This document shows positions 1 through 10,524 of a DNA stretch of 64,000 nt, piece after piece (position 1 is the first letter of the stretch; the number at the start of each line of letters is the position of its first letter). The position numbers were made by a program, and so were the translations under genes. This DNA comes from Bacteroidota bacterium (GTDB taxonomy: Bacteria; Bacteroidota; Ignavibacteria; UBA10030; UBA6906), in NCBI GenBank assembly GCA_036397975.1, contig DASWHW010000099.1, forward strand, positions 700-64,699, read 5' to 3'. Under the pieces are notes generated by a model, which ran no database searches, had not been told where the DNA came from, and saw only the letters and a program-made list of their open reading frames with translations.

Positions 1-1437
1 GGAATCGTGGAGGATGTTTTCTCGATGATGGTGCGCAAGAAATACGGCCTGGAGTCAAAGTTTGACGTTGTGGTGAACATGGATAAAGGCGACATCGAGA
101 TTTTTCTCGAGCGACAGGTTGTCGAAGTCGTAGAAGACCCGAATCTGCAAATCGATCCGGCAACTGCACGGGAATTGTCGGGCGAAGACCTTGAGGTGGG
201 CGAAGAATTCGTTGAGGTGATTCCTCTGGTGTCGTTCGGCAGACGACTTGTGGTAAGCGCCAAGCAGAATTTGAATCAGCGCATCAAAGAGATTGAGCGA
301 GAAATTGTTTACAACGAATACAGTAACGCGATCGGTGATATTATTGTCGGTGAAATCTATCAGATCCGGCGCAACGAGATACTGATAAACCACAATCGAA
401 ATGAGTTGCTTCTCCCGAAGAGCGAACAGATTTTCCGCGAACGGTACAAGAAGGGAGATACGGTCCGCGCAGTTGTGAAAGAAGTGCGAAAGAATTCGGG
501 AACTCCACTCGTCATCGTTTCTCGTGCGGATTCTCAGTTTCTCTCAAAGCTGTTCGAACTCGAAATTCCGGAGATTTATGACGGCATCATTGAGATAAAG
601 AAGATCGCACGAGAGCCGGGTGAACGGGCCAAAGTAGCGGTGGAATCTCATGATGATCGCATCGATGCGGTGGGTGCATGCGTCGGAATGAAAGGCGTTA
701 GAATCCACACGATCGTGCGTGAGCTGAACAACGAAAACATCGACGTCATTAATTTCAGCGAAGAACCACTTGTATTCATTCAACGCGCTCTTGCCCCGGC
801 GAAGCTCAAGTCGATTGAAATTGATCAAGATGGCCGAACCGCTAATGTCCTCGTTGCCGCAGACCAAGTTTCACTTGCCATTGGCAGAAACGGCCAGAAT
901 ATTCGCCTTGCGTCCAAGTTGACCGGCTTCGAAATTAATCTGGTAAAAGAGGGCGGCGAAGATGAGTACGATATCGAGTTGGTGGACTTCAAGGAAGATC
1001 TGGGCGAAGAGTTGTATCTCAAGTTGATTGACGCTGGCTTTGAGACAGCGAAGGAAGTTCTGGAATCACCAATGAGCAAGCTGCTTGGGGTCGAAGGTCT
1101 CACTGAGGAAAAGATCAATGAAATGCGCGCTATGATGAAACGCGACCTCGAAGAAGCGGAGGTTGAAGAGGAGGACGAAGAAGAAGAGGTAGAAGCAGAG
1201 ACTGAAGCCAAAGCAGAGACAGCCGAACCCGAAACAGACGAAGCAGAGCCTGCTGCGGCAAAGACGGGCGAAAGTGTAGATGTTCCTGGCGCACAAGAAG
1301 CACCTTCGGAATCAAAGGAGACTCCCGGAGATCCTGACCCGGAAGTATCTAAGAAAGTTGAAGCAGAGACGAAAGTCGACGACAACGAACAGGATGCCGC
1401 AGATGATACTGCTGTTCCTGAGAAGGCTGGCGAATAG
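1..1437 (+). CDS. nusA: Transcription termination/antitermination factor NusA. The N-terminus lies upstream of the window, and the protein carries a ~110-aa acidic low-complexity C-terminal tail
   Basis: The reading frame is open from nt 1. The S1/KH-domain motifs (e.g. GACVGMKGVRIHTIVREL) are present. It sits immediately upstream of infB as in the conserved nusA-infB operon. Confidence 0.85.
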   Translation, partial: GIVEDVFSMMVRKKYGLESKFDVVVNMDKGDIEIFLERQVVEVVEDPNLQIDPATARELSGEDLEVGEEFVEVIPLVSFGRRLVVSAKQNLNQRIKEIEREIVYNEYSNAIGDIIVGEIYQIRRNEILINHNRNELLLPKSEQIFRERYKKGDTVRAVVKEVRKNSGTPLVIVSRADSQFLSKLFELEIPEIYDGIIEIKKIAREPGERAKVAVESHDDRIDAVGACVGMKGVRIHTIVRELNNENIDVINFSEEPLVFIQRALAPAKLKSIEIDQDGRTANVLVAADQVSLAIGRNGQNIRLASKLTGFEINLVKEGGEDEYDIELVDFKEDLGEELYLKLIDAGFETAKEVLESPMSKLLGVEGLTEEKINEMRAMMKRDLEEAEVEEEDEEEEVEAETEAKAETAEPETDEAEPAAAKTGESVDVPGAQEAPSESKETPGDPDPEVSKKVEAETKVDDNEQDAADDTAVPEKAGE

Positions 1438-1479
1438 GAGTTTTCTGGCAGAGATCAGGCGGCACAACTAAGGAAACGA

Positions 1480-4131
1480 ATGGCAGAGACTACGGGTAAA
1501 AAGAAAAAAATCTATAAGCTTGCGACCGAACTCAATATTTCGCACGAGGTTATTATCGAGTTTCTTCGGAAGAAGGGTCATGAGGTGAAGAGTCACATGT
1601 CTTCCGTGGATGAGGATGCGATGCGAGAGATCCTCATGCATTTCAAGAAGGACAAAGATGTTGCGGAAAGGCACCAGCGAAAAATTGCCGAGATTCGTGA
1701 GAGCAAGAAGAAAAAAGAAGAAAATGAGGCAGCAGAAGCCGTCGCCGTCGAGGACGCGCCTGCTCCGGCAGATGTAGCTCCCGTACTCCCTGAGGCAGCG
1801 GAAACACAGCAGCCTGAGCCAGCTCCTCCGACATCCGCAGAAGAGCCCGAGACGTCAGAAGAATCGCCGTCCCTTGAGCTTGTTGCGACTGCCAAGCCAG
1901 ACGCTGCAAAGATTATTCTCCCGTCAGATGAAGAAGCCGTCGCCACCGAAGATGAAAACGAGCCGGGTTATCTAACGCCACTTGAAAAGGAACGAAAGAC
2001 CAAGGTTGGTCTAACGATCAAGGGAAAGATTGTTTTGACGAAGCCTGCTGCGAAAAAGACAGCGGCACCCTCGACGACCGAGGTCGTTGACGAGACCGAT
2101 GACGCCCACAAGAAGAAGAAAAAGAAAAAGAAGGTACGATCTGATGAAGTGGCTGAGCGCCCCGGGGATGCGGAAGATGGCGAGAAGAAGAAGAAAAAGA
2201 AAAAACGCCTCCGCCATAAAGAGGTCGATCAAAACGAAGTGAAGGATGCCATTCGCCGCACATTCGCTGCAATGGACGACGTGCCGGTCGGCAGCCGTGC
2301 TTCTCACAGAAAAAGAAAACGTAAAGAACGTGAAGAGGAGGTGGCACGACAGGAGGAGGAGGCAAAACTCGATGTAGGGAAACTCCGCGTGACCGAGTTT
2401 CTCTCGGTCAATGATCTTGCAAACCTCATGGGTGTCAACGTTGCTGATGTGATCAAGAAGTGTATGGAACTCGGAATCATGGTTTCCATCAACCAGCGCC
2501 TCGACAAGGATACCATCACGCTTGTGGCTGATGAATTCGGGTTCCAGATTTCATTTTTTGCCGAAATCACCGAAGACGATTTCTTGGAAGACGTGCAAGA
2601 TCCGGAAGAAACACTTGTTCGTCGCGCTCCCGTGGTCACCATTATGGGCCACGTCGACCATGGGAAAACCTCTTTGCTCGACTACATTCGCCGGGAGAAC
2701 GTGGTCGCCGGTGAGGCCGGTGGAATTACGCAGCATATCGGCGCGTACGAAGTAACAACGCAATCAGGATCGCGAATCGCTTTCCTCGATACGCCGGGAC
2801 ACGAAGCTTTTACCGCGATGCGTGCCCGTGGCGCGCAAATCACGGACATCGTCGTTTTGGTCGTTGCAGCCGACGATAATGTTATGCCGCAAACTCTTGA
2901 AGCAATCAGCCACGCGCAGGCAGCAGGCGTCCCCATCATCATCGCAATGAACAAAATCGATAGGCCGGATGCAGCACCCGATAGAATACGTCAGCAATTG
3001 TCAGAAAAGAATGTTCTGGTTGAGGAGTGGGGCGGGAAGTACCAGTCTGTGGAGCTCTCTGCGCGTTCCGGCAAGGGAGTCGACACATTGCTTGATAAAA
3101 TCGCAGTGGAGGCGGAAGTTCTTGATCTCAAGGCAAACCCGAAGCGCATGGCGCGGGGAACGGTCGTTGAAGCGCAACTTGACAAAGGAAAAGGTGTCAC
3201 TGCGACCGTCCTGGTACAGAAGGGAACATTAAGGGTCGGCGATCCCTTTATCGCGGGAATCTATAGCGGCAAGGTGCGGGCAATGTTTGATGAGAGAGGA
3301 AAACGGGTGGAAGCTGCGGGACCCTCCACGCCTGTCCAGCTTACCGGGTTGGACGGTTTTCCGCAGGCAGGAGATAAATTCATCGCCACGGAAACTGATC
3401 GTGAAGCCCGTGAAGTGAGTGTGAAGAGACAACAGTTGAAACGTGAACAGGATTTCCGACAGATACGTTTTCGCACTCTCGATGACATTTCAATGCAGAT
3501 CAAAGAGGGCGAAGTTCAGGAGCTTGCGATTATCGTCAAGGGAGACGTGGATGGGTCAGTGGAAGCGCTAGCCGACTCGTTAATGAAGATCAGCCATAAG
3601 GAAGTAAAGCTCAACGTCGTTCACAGCGGTGTTGGTACCATTTCGGAATCCGACATCATGCTCGCCGCAGCTTCGGGCGCTGTCATCATCGGCTTCCGCG
3701 TACGGCCAAATCTCAATGCCCGCCGTCTGGCAGAAAAAGAGAGCGTTGATATTCGTACTTATAATATTATTTATGATGCGATCGAAGATGTCCATAAAGC
3801 GCTTGAAGGACTGCTTGCGCCGGAGAAGAAAGAGGAAATCGTCGCAACGGTGGAAATCCGGGAGGTATTCAAGGTCCCAAAGATCGGAAACATCGGTGGA
3901 TGTTATGTTCTGGATGGGAAAATTCAACGGAACAACCGTGTGCGCCTTATTCGGGATGGCATTCAAGTTTTCGAGGGGACAATCTCCTCGTTGAAACGTT
4001 TCAAAGATGACGTTCGCGAAGTGGATTCCGGTTTTGAGTGCGGCATCGGACTCGAAAACTTCAACGATATCAAAGTCGGCGACTCCATTGAAGCATTCAA
4101 GATTACGGAAGCGAAACGCAAATTAGCGTAA
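1480..4131 (+). CDS. infB: Translation initiation factor IF-2
   Basis: 883-aa ORF with the GTP-binding motifs ([18 protein letters not shown]) and a K/E-rich low-complexity N-terminal region. It follows nusA. Confidence 0.95.
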   Translation: MAETTGKKKKIYKLATELNISHEVIIEFLRKKGHEVKSHMSSVDEDAMREILMHFKKDKDVAERHQRKIAEIRESKKKKEENEAAEAVAVEDAPAPADVAPVLPEAAETQQPEPAPPTSAEEPETSEESPSLELVATAKPDAAKIILPSDEEAVATEDENEPGYLTPLEKERKTKVGLTIKGKIVLTKPAAKKTAAPSTTEVVDETDDAHKKKKKKKKVRSDEVAERPGDAEDGEKKKKKKKRLRHKEVDQNEVKDAIRRTFAAMDDVPVGSRASHRKRKRKEREEEVARQEEEAKLDVGKLRVTEFLSVNDLANLMGVNVADVIKKCMELGIMVSINQRLDKDTITLVADEFGFQISFFAEITEDDFLEDVQDPEETLVRRAPVVTIMGHVDHGKTSLLDYIRRENVVAGEAGGITQHIGAYEVTTQSGSRIAFLDTPGHEAFTAMRARGAQITDIVVLVVAADDNVMPQTLEAISHAQAAGVPIIIAMNKIDRPDAAPDRIRQQLSEKNVLVEEWGGKYQSVELSARSGKGVDTLLDKIAVEAEVLDLKANPKRMARGTVVEAQLDKGKGVTATVLVQKGTLRVGDPFIAGIYSGKVRAMFDERGKRVEAAGPSTPVQLTGLDGFPQAGDKFIATETDREAREVSVKRQQLKREQDFRQIRFRTLDDISMQIKEGEVQELAIIVKGDVDGSVEALADSLMKISHKEVKLNVVHSGVGTISESDIMLAAASGAVIIGFRVRPNLNARRLAEKESVDIRTYNIIYDAIEDVHKALEGLLAPEKKEEIVATVEIREVFKVPKIGNIGGCYVLDGKIQRNNRVRLIRDGIQVFEGTISSLKRFKDDVREVDSGFECGIGLENFNDIKVGDSIEAFKITEAKRKLA

Positions 4132-4140
4132 GAATGCCTT

Positions 4141-4521
4141 ATGTCCATTCGAACTGAACGCGTTGCCTCCGTGATCAAGCACGAAATCGGCACCATTCTT
4201 ACCCGGGAACTGAATGATCCTCGGAACGGGTTCATCACCGTCACCGACGTTCGCATGACGCCCGACTTACGAGTCGCCCGTGTTGCATTCAGCGTGTTTG
4301 GTGACGAGAAGGTGAAGCGACGGGCGATGAAAATGCTTAACGACGAGAAGCCGCAGATACGAAGTACTGTCGGCTCTCATCTTCGGTTGCGCTATACGCC
4401 AGCCCTCGAATTTTTTCTTGACGAGACAATGGAGTCGGCAGACAGGATCCACCGCCTGCTAAAGCAGATACATGACGGAGAAAAACCAAAAAAAGCCGAC
4501 TCCGAATCGGACAGTGTTTGA
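4141..4521 (+). CDS. rbfA: Ribosome-binding factor A
   Basis: 126-aa ORF with an RbfA-like sequence (VASVIKHEIGTIL...) in the conserved position after infB. Confidence 0.85.
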   Translation: MSIRTERVASVIKHEIGTILTRELNDPRNGFITVTDVRMTPDLRVARVAFSVFGDEKVKRRAMKMLNDEKPQIRSTVGSHLRLRYTPALEFFLDETMESADRIHRLLKQIHDGEKPKKADSESDSV

Positions 4522-5194
4522 GGATCCTGGGAGCGTCCTTCTCGTGGACAAGCCCAAAGATTGGACTTCGTTCGACGTAGTGAAAATGGTCCGACAACTG
4601 CTGCGGGTCAAACGGGTGGGTCATGCTGGAACACTCGACCCGATGGCAACCGGACTTCTCATCGTCTGCACAGGAAAAAAGACCAAGGAGGTTGGAACCT
4701 TCGTTGCAAAAGAAAAGGAGTACGAAGCGGAACTTCTTCTCGGGGCATCGACAGCAACCTATGATGGTGAGTCCGCCATTGATAACGTTGGCACGGTTGA
4801 GGGAATCACGATCAGCATGATTGAAAGTGCCTTGAGTGAATTTGTTGGTGAGCAGCTGCAGCTCCCACCAATGCATTCGGCTGTGAAGGTGGGCGGGAAG
4901 CGGTTGTACAAGTATGCACGAAAAGGAAAAGTCATTCAGCGTGACCCTCGGACGGTAGATGTACAATCGATTACTTCGCTCGAGATCAGGATTCCACGAG
5001 TGAAACTGAAAATCGTCTGCTCTAAAGGAACATATGTGCGTTCGCTTGCACATGATATTGGAAAGCGTCTGGGATCTGGTGCATTCCTCACGGCGCTGCG
5101 TCGGACAAGAATTGGCCAATATGAGCTGGACCGTGCCGTGTCAATAGACGACGTGGCTGCCCTTGCGAAAAACCACCGTGCATCCGTTCTATGA
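4472..5194 (+). CDS. truB: tRNA pseudouridine(55) synthase TruB
   Basis: Contains the motif GSVLLVDKPKDWTSFDVV...GHAGTLDPMATGLL. It overlaps the rbfA 3' end by 50 nt, so the start is somewhat uncertain. Confidence 0.85.
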   Translation: MTEKNQKKPTPNRTVFEDPGSVLLVDKPKDWTSFDVVKMVRQLLRVKRVGHAGTLDPMATGLLIVCTGKKTKEVGTFVAKEKEYEAELLLGASTATYDGESAIDNVGTVEGITISMIESALSEFVGEQLQLPPMHSAVKVGGKRLYKYARKGKVIQRDPRTVDVQSITSLEIRIPRVKLKIVCSKGTYVRSLAHDIGKRLGSGAFLTALRRTRIGQYELDRAVSIDDVAALAKNHRASVL

Positions 5195-6135
5195 GAATAG
5201 TACGGTCAATCGCCGAAGCAGGATATGAGCGAAACTCTGTTGTCACGGTCGGAACATTTGACGGAGTTCATCTTGCGCATGCAGAAATTGTTCGGGAGGT
5301 GTTGCACCGGGCAAAGCGATGCGAGGGACGGTCGGTTGTTGTTACATTCAACCCCCACCCAAAGGAGGTAACCGGGAAGAAGGATTCCCCTCCACTGTTG
5401 ACAACATTGGAGGAACGGGTAGAGATATTCGAGGCTCTTGGCGTCGATGTTCTTTTTGTTGTGAATTTTACGTTTGCGTTTTCGAGGCTGACGTCCAAAC
5501 AGTTCTATCGACAATATCTGGTTGAGGGAACGGGACTCGGTGAGGTCGTGGTCGGGTATGATCACATGTTCGGGCGTGATCGCGAGGCGGGGATCGAGGA
5601 GCTTGTTCGGATGGGAAAGGAATTTGATTTTTCTGTTTTTGCAGTCCACCCGTTTACGGTGGATGAGGAGCCGGTGAGCAGTAGCCTGATACGTGACGCC
5701 CTTCGAGAGGGCAATGTGGAAAGGGCTAGAAAATTTCTTGGGCGTCCTTACCGGTTTTCCGGGAAGGTGATCAAAGGGGATGGACGCGGAAAGTCTCTTG
5801 GCTATGCAACCGCGAATCTGGATACATCCTCAGAGAGGAAAATGTTGCCGCGCAATGGAGTGTATCTTGTTGGGACTACGCGGGGTACCGATCAACATTT
5901 TGGTATGATGAACATTGGAACGCGTCCTACGGTCAAAAGCAATGCGGGGGAAATCGTGGAAGTTCATCTTTTTGATTTTAACGAAGACATCTATGGAGAG
6001 TTGTTGGCCATAACGCTTCTCAAGCGATTGAGGGATGAGCAGCGGTTTCCCTCTCTCGAAGATCTGATATCTCAGCTCCATCGCGATCGGGAGTTGTCGT
6101 TGCGAATGGTTCATGAATTAGCAAAGCAAAAGTAA
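5191..6135 (+). CDS. ribF: Bifunctional riboflavin kinase / FMN adenylyltransferase
   Basis: 314 aa with the GTFDGVHLAH nucleotidyltransferase motif and a C-terminal riboflavin kinase domain. Its ATGA start overlaps the truB stop. Confidence 0.9.
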   Translation: MRIVRSIAEAGYERNSVVTVGTFDGVHLAHAEIVREVLHRAKRCEGRSVVVTFNPHPKEVTGKKDSPPLLTTLEERVEIFEALGVDVLFVVNFTFAFSRLTSKQFYRQYLVEGTGLGEVVVGYDHMFGRDREAGIEELVRMGKEFDFSVFAVHPFTVDEEPVSSSLIRDALREGNVERARKFLGRPYRFSGKVIKGDGRGKSLGYATANLDTSSERKMLPRNGVYLVGTTRGTDQHFGMMNIGTRPTVKSNAGEIVEVHLFDFNEDIYGELLAITLLKRLRDEQRFPSLEDLISQLHRDRELSLRMVHELAKQK

Positions 6136-6165
6136 CGTACCAAATTGTATCACAAGGAGATTCAC

Positions 6166-6435
6166 ATGGCAGTTACAAAGGAAGACAAAGCGGAGATTGT
6201 GTCGAAGTTCGGAAAGAACGGAAAGGATTCCGGAACACCGGAAGTCCAAATCGCAATTCTCACCGCGCGCATTAACGACCTGGCACCGCACTTTGAACAA
6301 TTTAAGAAGGATCATCACTCGCGCGTTGGCTTGCTCAAGATGGTGGGAAAGCGACGAAGGCTTCTTGACTATTTGCAGCAGAAAGATATCGAGCGTTACC
6401 GGAAAGTAATCGCGGATCTGCAGATTCGTAAGTAA
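6166..6435 (+). CDS. rpsO: 30S ribosomal protein S15
   Basis: 89 aa starting [16 protein letters not shown]...[24 protein letters not shown]. An AAGGAGA ribosome-binding site lies 6 nt upstream of the ATG at 6166. The longer ORF from 6145 is a probable over-extension. Confidence 0.9.
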   Translation: MAVTKEDKAEIVSKFGKNGKDSGTPEVQIAILTARINDLAPHFEQFKKDHHSRVGLLKMVGKRRRLLDYLQQKDIERYRKVIADLQIRK

Positions 6436-6440
6436 GAAGA

Positions 6441-6490
6441 GGGGCGCTGAAGGCAAAGTGCCGAAATGCGCCTTTTCTGAATTTTTTTTA
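6441..6490 (+). terminator. Nested GC-rich hairpin plus T-tract between rpsO and pnp (attenuator/terminator or processing site)
   Basis: The stem GGCGC...GCGCC encloses an inner GGCA-aag-TGCC hairpin and is followed by TTTTCTGAATTTTTTTT. Confidence 0.5.
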
Positions 6491-6505
6491 GAGGAGAGGT
6501 TTTTT

Positions 6506-8614
6506 ATGAAGATAACGAAAGAACTCCGTATCGGGGAAGAGACACTAAGTCTTGAGACGGGAAGATTTGCCAAACAGGCCGACGGTGCGGTGATGGCCCG
6601 AATGGGCGATACGATGGTGCTGGCAGCAGTGGTTGCATCGAAAAAACCGAAAGAAGGAATTGACTACTTTCCTCTCCAGGTGGAATATCGAGAGAAAGCT
6701 GCATCCGCTGGAAAAATCCCCGGCGGATTTTTCAAGCGTGAAGCGCGCCCTACCGAAAAAGAGATCCTATCCTCCCGGCTGATTGACAGGCCGATTCGGC
6801 CGATGTTTCCCGAGTGGTTTCAGTGCGAAACACAGGTTATGGTCACCGTTTATTCATCCGATCAGGAACACGATGGCGATATTTTAGGCGCTGTTGCTGC
6901 GTCCGCTGCGTTATCAATTTCCGATATCCCGTTTCCCGAGCCCATTGCGGAAGTCAGAGTAGGCCGCGTCGAGAAAAAACTTGTCATCAATCCAACATTC
7001 TCCCAGCTCTCCACCAGCGATATGGATGTCATCGTCGCGGGTACGGAAAGTTCGATCGTCATGGTTGAAGGAGAAGCGCACGAGATTTCTGAAGACGAAA
7101 TGCTGGAAGCGCTGGCATTTGCACATGGGTATATCAAGCAGGTGTGCCAGTTGCAACGTGATCTTGCAAAAGAGTGTGGGCGTGCAAAGCGCCCACCCGC
7201 GGATAAGCAGGAAGACAATGAGCTGAAAAGTGCTGTCCAGAAACTTGTTGGCAATCGCCTTTCGGAGTTGGCTCTGACGCCACTCACGAAGGAAGATCGC
7301 GCGAGTCGCACTACAGCGATTTACGAAGAGGTGAACGCCGCATTGGCTGAGCAATTCCCGGAGCAAGATGCGGCGATAGATTCAACGCTTCACGACGTAG
7401 AATACCACGCCATGCGTGAAACCATTCTGTCAAAGGGTAAAAGACTTGATGGGAGAGGAACAAAAGATATACGAATGATCACTATTGAAACAGGAATCCT
7501 CCCGCGTGCACACGGCTCTTCAATTTTTACACGCGGTGAAACCCAAAGCCTCACAACCATGACGCTTGGCACTAAACTCGACGAGCAAATCATCGACGGC
7601 CTCTTGCCCGATTCAACGAAGCGCTTCATGTTGCACTACAATTTTCCTCCATTTTCCGTCGGTGAAGTTGGCAGGCTTGGATCAACAGGCCGTCGTGAAA
7701 TAGGCCACGGCAATCTTGCCGAACGCGCCATCAAGATTCTCCTGCCCGACGAGTCGTCATTTCCCTATACTGTGAGACTAGTGTCCGATATTCTCGAATC
7801 GAACGGTTCCTCCTCCATGGCAACGGTCTGTGCCGGAAGCCTTGCTCTCTTTCAAGGCGGCGTGCCGCTGAAAAGGGCGGTCGCTGGAATTGCAATGGGG
7901 CTTGTGAAGGAAGGTGATCGGGTGGCGATCCTCAGCGATATCCTCGGCAACGAAGATCACCTCGGAGATATGGACTTCAAGGTGGCCGGTACGCGGAACG
8001 GAATTACGGCATTCCAGATGGACATCAAAATTCAAGGCATTTCCCTTGAGATCATGAAGAATGCACTGGAACAGGCAAAGGACGGTCGCCTTCATATCCT
8101 GAACAAGATGGATGAGGCTATTTCGAGACCGAGCAGCGATCTTTCATCCTTTGCTCCTCGGCTTACCACCTTGAAGGTGCCAGTTGATATGATCGGCGCA
8201 GTCATCGGCCCTGGCGGGAAGATGATCCGTCAGATCGTGAAGGACAGTGGGGCGGAAGTCAACATCGAAGACGACGGCACCGTCGTGGTTGCTGCTACCT
8301 CGAAAGAGTCCGCCGACATCGCAATAAATGCGATTAAGCGTATAACTGAATTGCCTGAGGTCGGCAAGATATATCATGCCGTCGTCAAGAAAGTGACCGA
8401 CTTCGGCGCGTTTGTTGAATTCCTTCCGGGGAAAGAAGGTCTCGTCCACGTTTCTCAGCTTGACGTGAAACGTGTGAACAAGCCATCAGACGTTGTGAAG
8501 GTCGGTGATGAGTTTGATGTGAAGATCACTGACAAGGACGAACAAGGCCGCTACAAGCTTTCACGAAAGGTTCTGATGATGGAGGAGAGCAAAGGAAACC
8601 CGGTAGAGGCTTAG
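6506..8614 (+). CDS. pnp: Polyribonucleotide nucleotidyltransferase (PNPase)
   Basis: Two RNase PH domains followed by KH and S1 domains (C-terminal GKIYHAVVKKVTDFGAFVEF). A GAGGAGAG ribosome-binding site precedes the ATG at 6506. The ORF track starts at 6458 and is likely over-extended. Confidence 0.93.
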   Translation: MKITKELRIGEETLSLETGRFAKQADGAVMARMGDTMVLAAVVASKKPKEGIDYFPLQVEYREKAASAGKIPGGFFKREARPTEKEILSSRLIDRPIRPMFPEWFQCETQVMVTVYSSDQEHDGDILGAVAASAALSISDIPFPEPIAEVRVGRVEKKLVINPTFSQLSTSDMDVIVAGTESSIVMVEGEAHEISEDEMLEALAFAHGYIKQVCQLQRDLAKECGRAKRPPADKQEDNELKSAVQKLVGNRLSELALTPLTKEDRASRTTAIYEEVNAALAEQFPEQDAAIDSTLHDVEYHAMRETILSKGKRLDGRGTKDIRMITIETGILPRAHGSSIFTRGETQSLTTMTLGTKLDEQIIDGLLPDSTKRFMLHYNFPPFSVGEVGRLGSTGRREIGHGNLAERAIKILLPDESSFPYTVRLVSDILESNGSSSMATVCAGSLALFQGGVPLKRAVAGIAMGLVKEGDRVAILSDILGNEDHLGDMDFKVAGTRNGITAFQMDIKIQGISLEIMKNALEQAKDGRLHILNKMDEAISRPSSDLSSFAPRLTTLKVPVDMIGAVIGPGGKMIRQIVKDSGAEVNIEDDGTVVVAATSKESADIAINAIKRITELPEVGKIYHAVVKKVTDFGAFVEFLPGKEGLVHVSQLDVKRVNKPSDVVKVGDEFDVKITDKDEQGRYKLSRKVLMMEESKGNPVEA

Positions 8615-8670
8615 TCATTCCGAGAAGAAGAATCTTTAGCGCTGTTGCGTTGAGGAAACTGGATTGAAGA

Positions 8671-8700
8671 AACGCTCCGCACCGCGGGGCGTTTTGTTTT
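8671..8700. terminator. Putative bidirectional rho-independent terminator between the convergent genes pnp and bshC
   Basis: The hairpin AACGCTCCGC-acc-GCGGGGCGTT is followed by TTTTGTTTT. Confidence 0.5.
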
Positions 8701-10342
8701 ACATCTTGAAGATTTGGTGCTTGAATCCGGCAATGTCCAACTCGCCGTCAAGCCATCGAACCAGCTCACTCCCGTATCGATTCATGAAGTAAAGAGGGGA
8801 GAGCGATCGCTCTTGAAGCTCGCCATGTGGCAGCAATGCGCTCGATGCCTTTTCGATTTGGTTGACGACAACTTCATTCCCCCTCTTTTGTGCCTCAATT
8901 GCCTTTCCCTTCAGAACTTCAAGACTCTGTTCCATTTTCTTCTCAACGCTTACCAGAGGTCCAAGGAGAGTCTTGTCGACTTCCCGTAAGCCGAACTCCA
9001 ATTCGTCGATCGCGTGCTTGAACTGAGTGGCAGCCTCACCGAACAACGAGTCCAGCTTGACATCTGCTACTTGTTCGAGGACGCTGGCTGTAAGCTGCTC
9101 TGCGGTTGATTCAAAGAAGTCAGAGATGGTGACATCATATTTCTCGAGGGTCTTGATTGTTCGCTCCGTGATGAACGATGCGCTCGCACGCGGATATACA
9201 ATCGGTTGCTGAACACCAAACATCCTGTAGACAGGTGTTAATTGGGCGTTGTACGCAATTTCTGAAGGGCCTCCAACGTACACCAGAGTAGGGAGCAAAG
9301 TGTCTTGGACTATTGGACGCAGTACCACATTGGGACTGAGCAACTCCGGAGTCTCGTGTGCAATCCTGAGTAATTCATCCCGCGACATGAAGTGTCTCGT
9401 CCCCTTGAGACTGAAATCCTCCTCCCGCGGGTTGATCGCGTATCTTCCTCCCTTGTGAAACATGAAGAGGTTGATTGACTTCGGCTTTACCTGAGCATGA
9501 TACTTCTTTTCCAACTCTGCACTCTGATCTATCACCAATTGTGATGTCCGCGGGAATTCCTCAATTTCTTTCACGAAAAGGGGAGATGCTAGTCGCTTCA
9601 AGTCTGGGTCATTTCCTGATAGGAAAATCAATCCGTATCCCGAAAAAAGATGGTTCATCCATCCAACAAACGCTTGGTTAAAAGATTTCCCCTCTGCGTA
9701 ATGTGTTGCCAGAGGCTTGAGAATATCCTGCGTATACTCAGAACTTGGCATCGATGACGCCAGTTCTTTATGCACACTCTGGATGTTTGGATCAAAAACC
9801 AGTTCCCCGACCGGCCCAACATTCTTTTCATTCTTTTCGCCACCTATGAGATACTCTATTCGCTGACTCTGGTTTTGGGTGTTGACGATATAGACATGAT
9901 TCATTTCCTCAAAGTCATGATCTTCCCCCTCAACCCAAAAGACCGGTACAAAATCACTCTGGGGATACTGCTTCTTGAGTTTTTGCGCCAGTTTGATTGT
10001 TGTCAGTGTTTTGAAAAGAGTGTACAGTGGCCCTCCCAACAAACCGACCTGCTGTCCCGTAACGATGGCAAACGTGGAGGGCTTTTTAAGCAACTCAATC
10101 TTCCCAAAGGTCTCGGCCTCGCATCCAAAGTGCTCGTTCTGTCGCTTCAGAATGTCGGCAAGCTGGTTCCTCTCGCGCTGTGATTTTGCCACCTGCTTCA
10201 TGGCCTGTTCGTATGATGAGCTCAGGCGAAAATCGAAGGGAAAGAAACGCTTGACTGCCTCAAAGTTGTAAATAAAATCATTAAACAGATCTGAAAACCC
10301 ACCGGCGGAATCGGGAAGTTTGTTGTATTCGATCCAGGTCAT
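8699..10342 (-). CDS. bshC: Bacillithiol biosynthesis cysteine-adding enzyme BshC
   Basis: 547 aa, the length and N-terminus (MTWIEYNKLPDS...) typical of the BshC/YllA family. Confidence 0.7.
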   Translation of the reverse strand: MTWIEYNKLPDSAGGFSDLFNDFIYNFEAVKRFFPFDFRLSSSYEQAMKQVAKSQRERNQLADILKRQNEHFGCEAETFGKIELLKKPSTFAIVTGQQVGLLGGPLYTLFKTLTTIKLAQKLKKQYPQSDFVPVFWVEGEDHDFEEMNHVYIVNTQNQSQRIEYLIGGEKNEKNVGPVGELVFDPNIQSVHKELASSMPSSEYTQDILKPLATHYAEGKSFNQAFVGWMNHLFSGYGLIFLSGNDPDLKRLASPLFVKEIEEFPRTSQLVIDQSAELEKKYHAQVKPKSINLFMFHKGGRYAINPREEDFSLKGTRHFMSRDELLRIAHETPELLSPNVVLRPIVQDTLLPTLVYVGGPSEIAYNAQLTPVYRMFGVQQPIVYPRASASFITERTIKTLEKYDVTISDFFESTAEQLTASVLEQVADVKLDSLFGEAATQFKHAIDELEFGLREVDKTLLGPLVSVEKKMEQSLEVLKGKAIEAQKRGNEVVVNQIEKASSALLPHGELQERSLSPLYFMNRYGSELVRWLDGELDIAGFKHQIFKM

Positions 10343-10524
10343 GAGGAAGTATGCGATTGTGGATGAAGGGTTGGCATGAAGAACTTAGGTGGAAAAATAT
10401 AAGGGAATGATTGAGGAGAAGCAACGAATTCTCTGACATTGAGAAACTTGCGATATGTGAGTGCATCAGATCAACCTTGGAAATCATATTGAATTTTCGT
10501 ACGTTCAAGCGAATTTTTCTATGA

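Noticed and set aside
1593-2365. Several 88-117-aa ORFs antisense within infB
   Set aside because: These are shadow ORFs of the K/E/A-rich IF-2 N-terminal region (antisense gives S/A/G-rich nonsense).
4337-5119. 260-aa ORF on the minus strand
   Set aside because: It lies entirely antisense within truB, which has clear conserved motifs. It is Arg/Ser/Cys-rich low-complexity, typical of a shadow ORF in GC-balanced DNA.
6458-6505. N-terminal extension of pnp (MPKCAFSEFFLEERFF) in the ORF track
   Set aside because: The extension covers the rpsO-pnp hairpin and T-run. A ribosome-binding site (GAGGAGAG) and a conserved PNPase N-terminus begin at the ATG at 6506.
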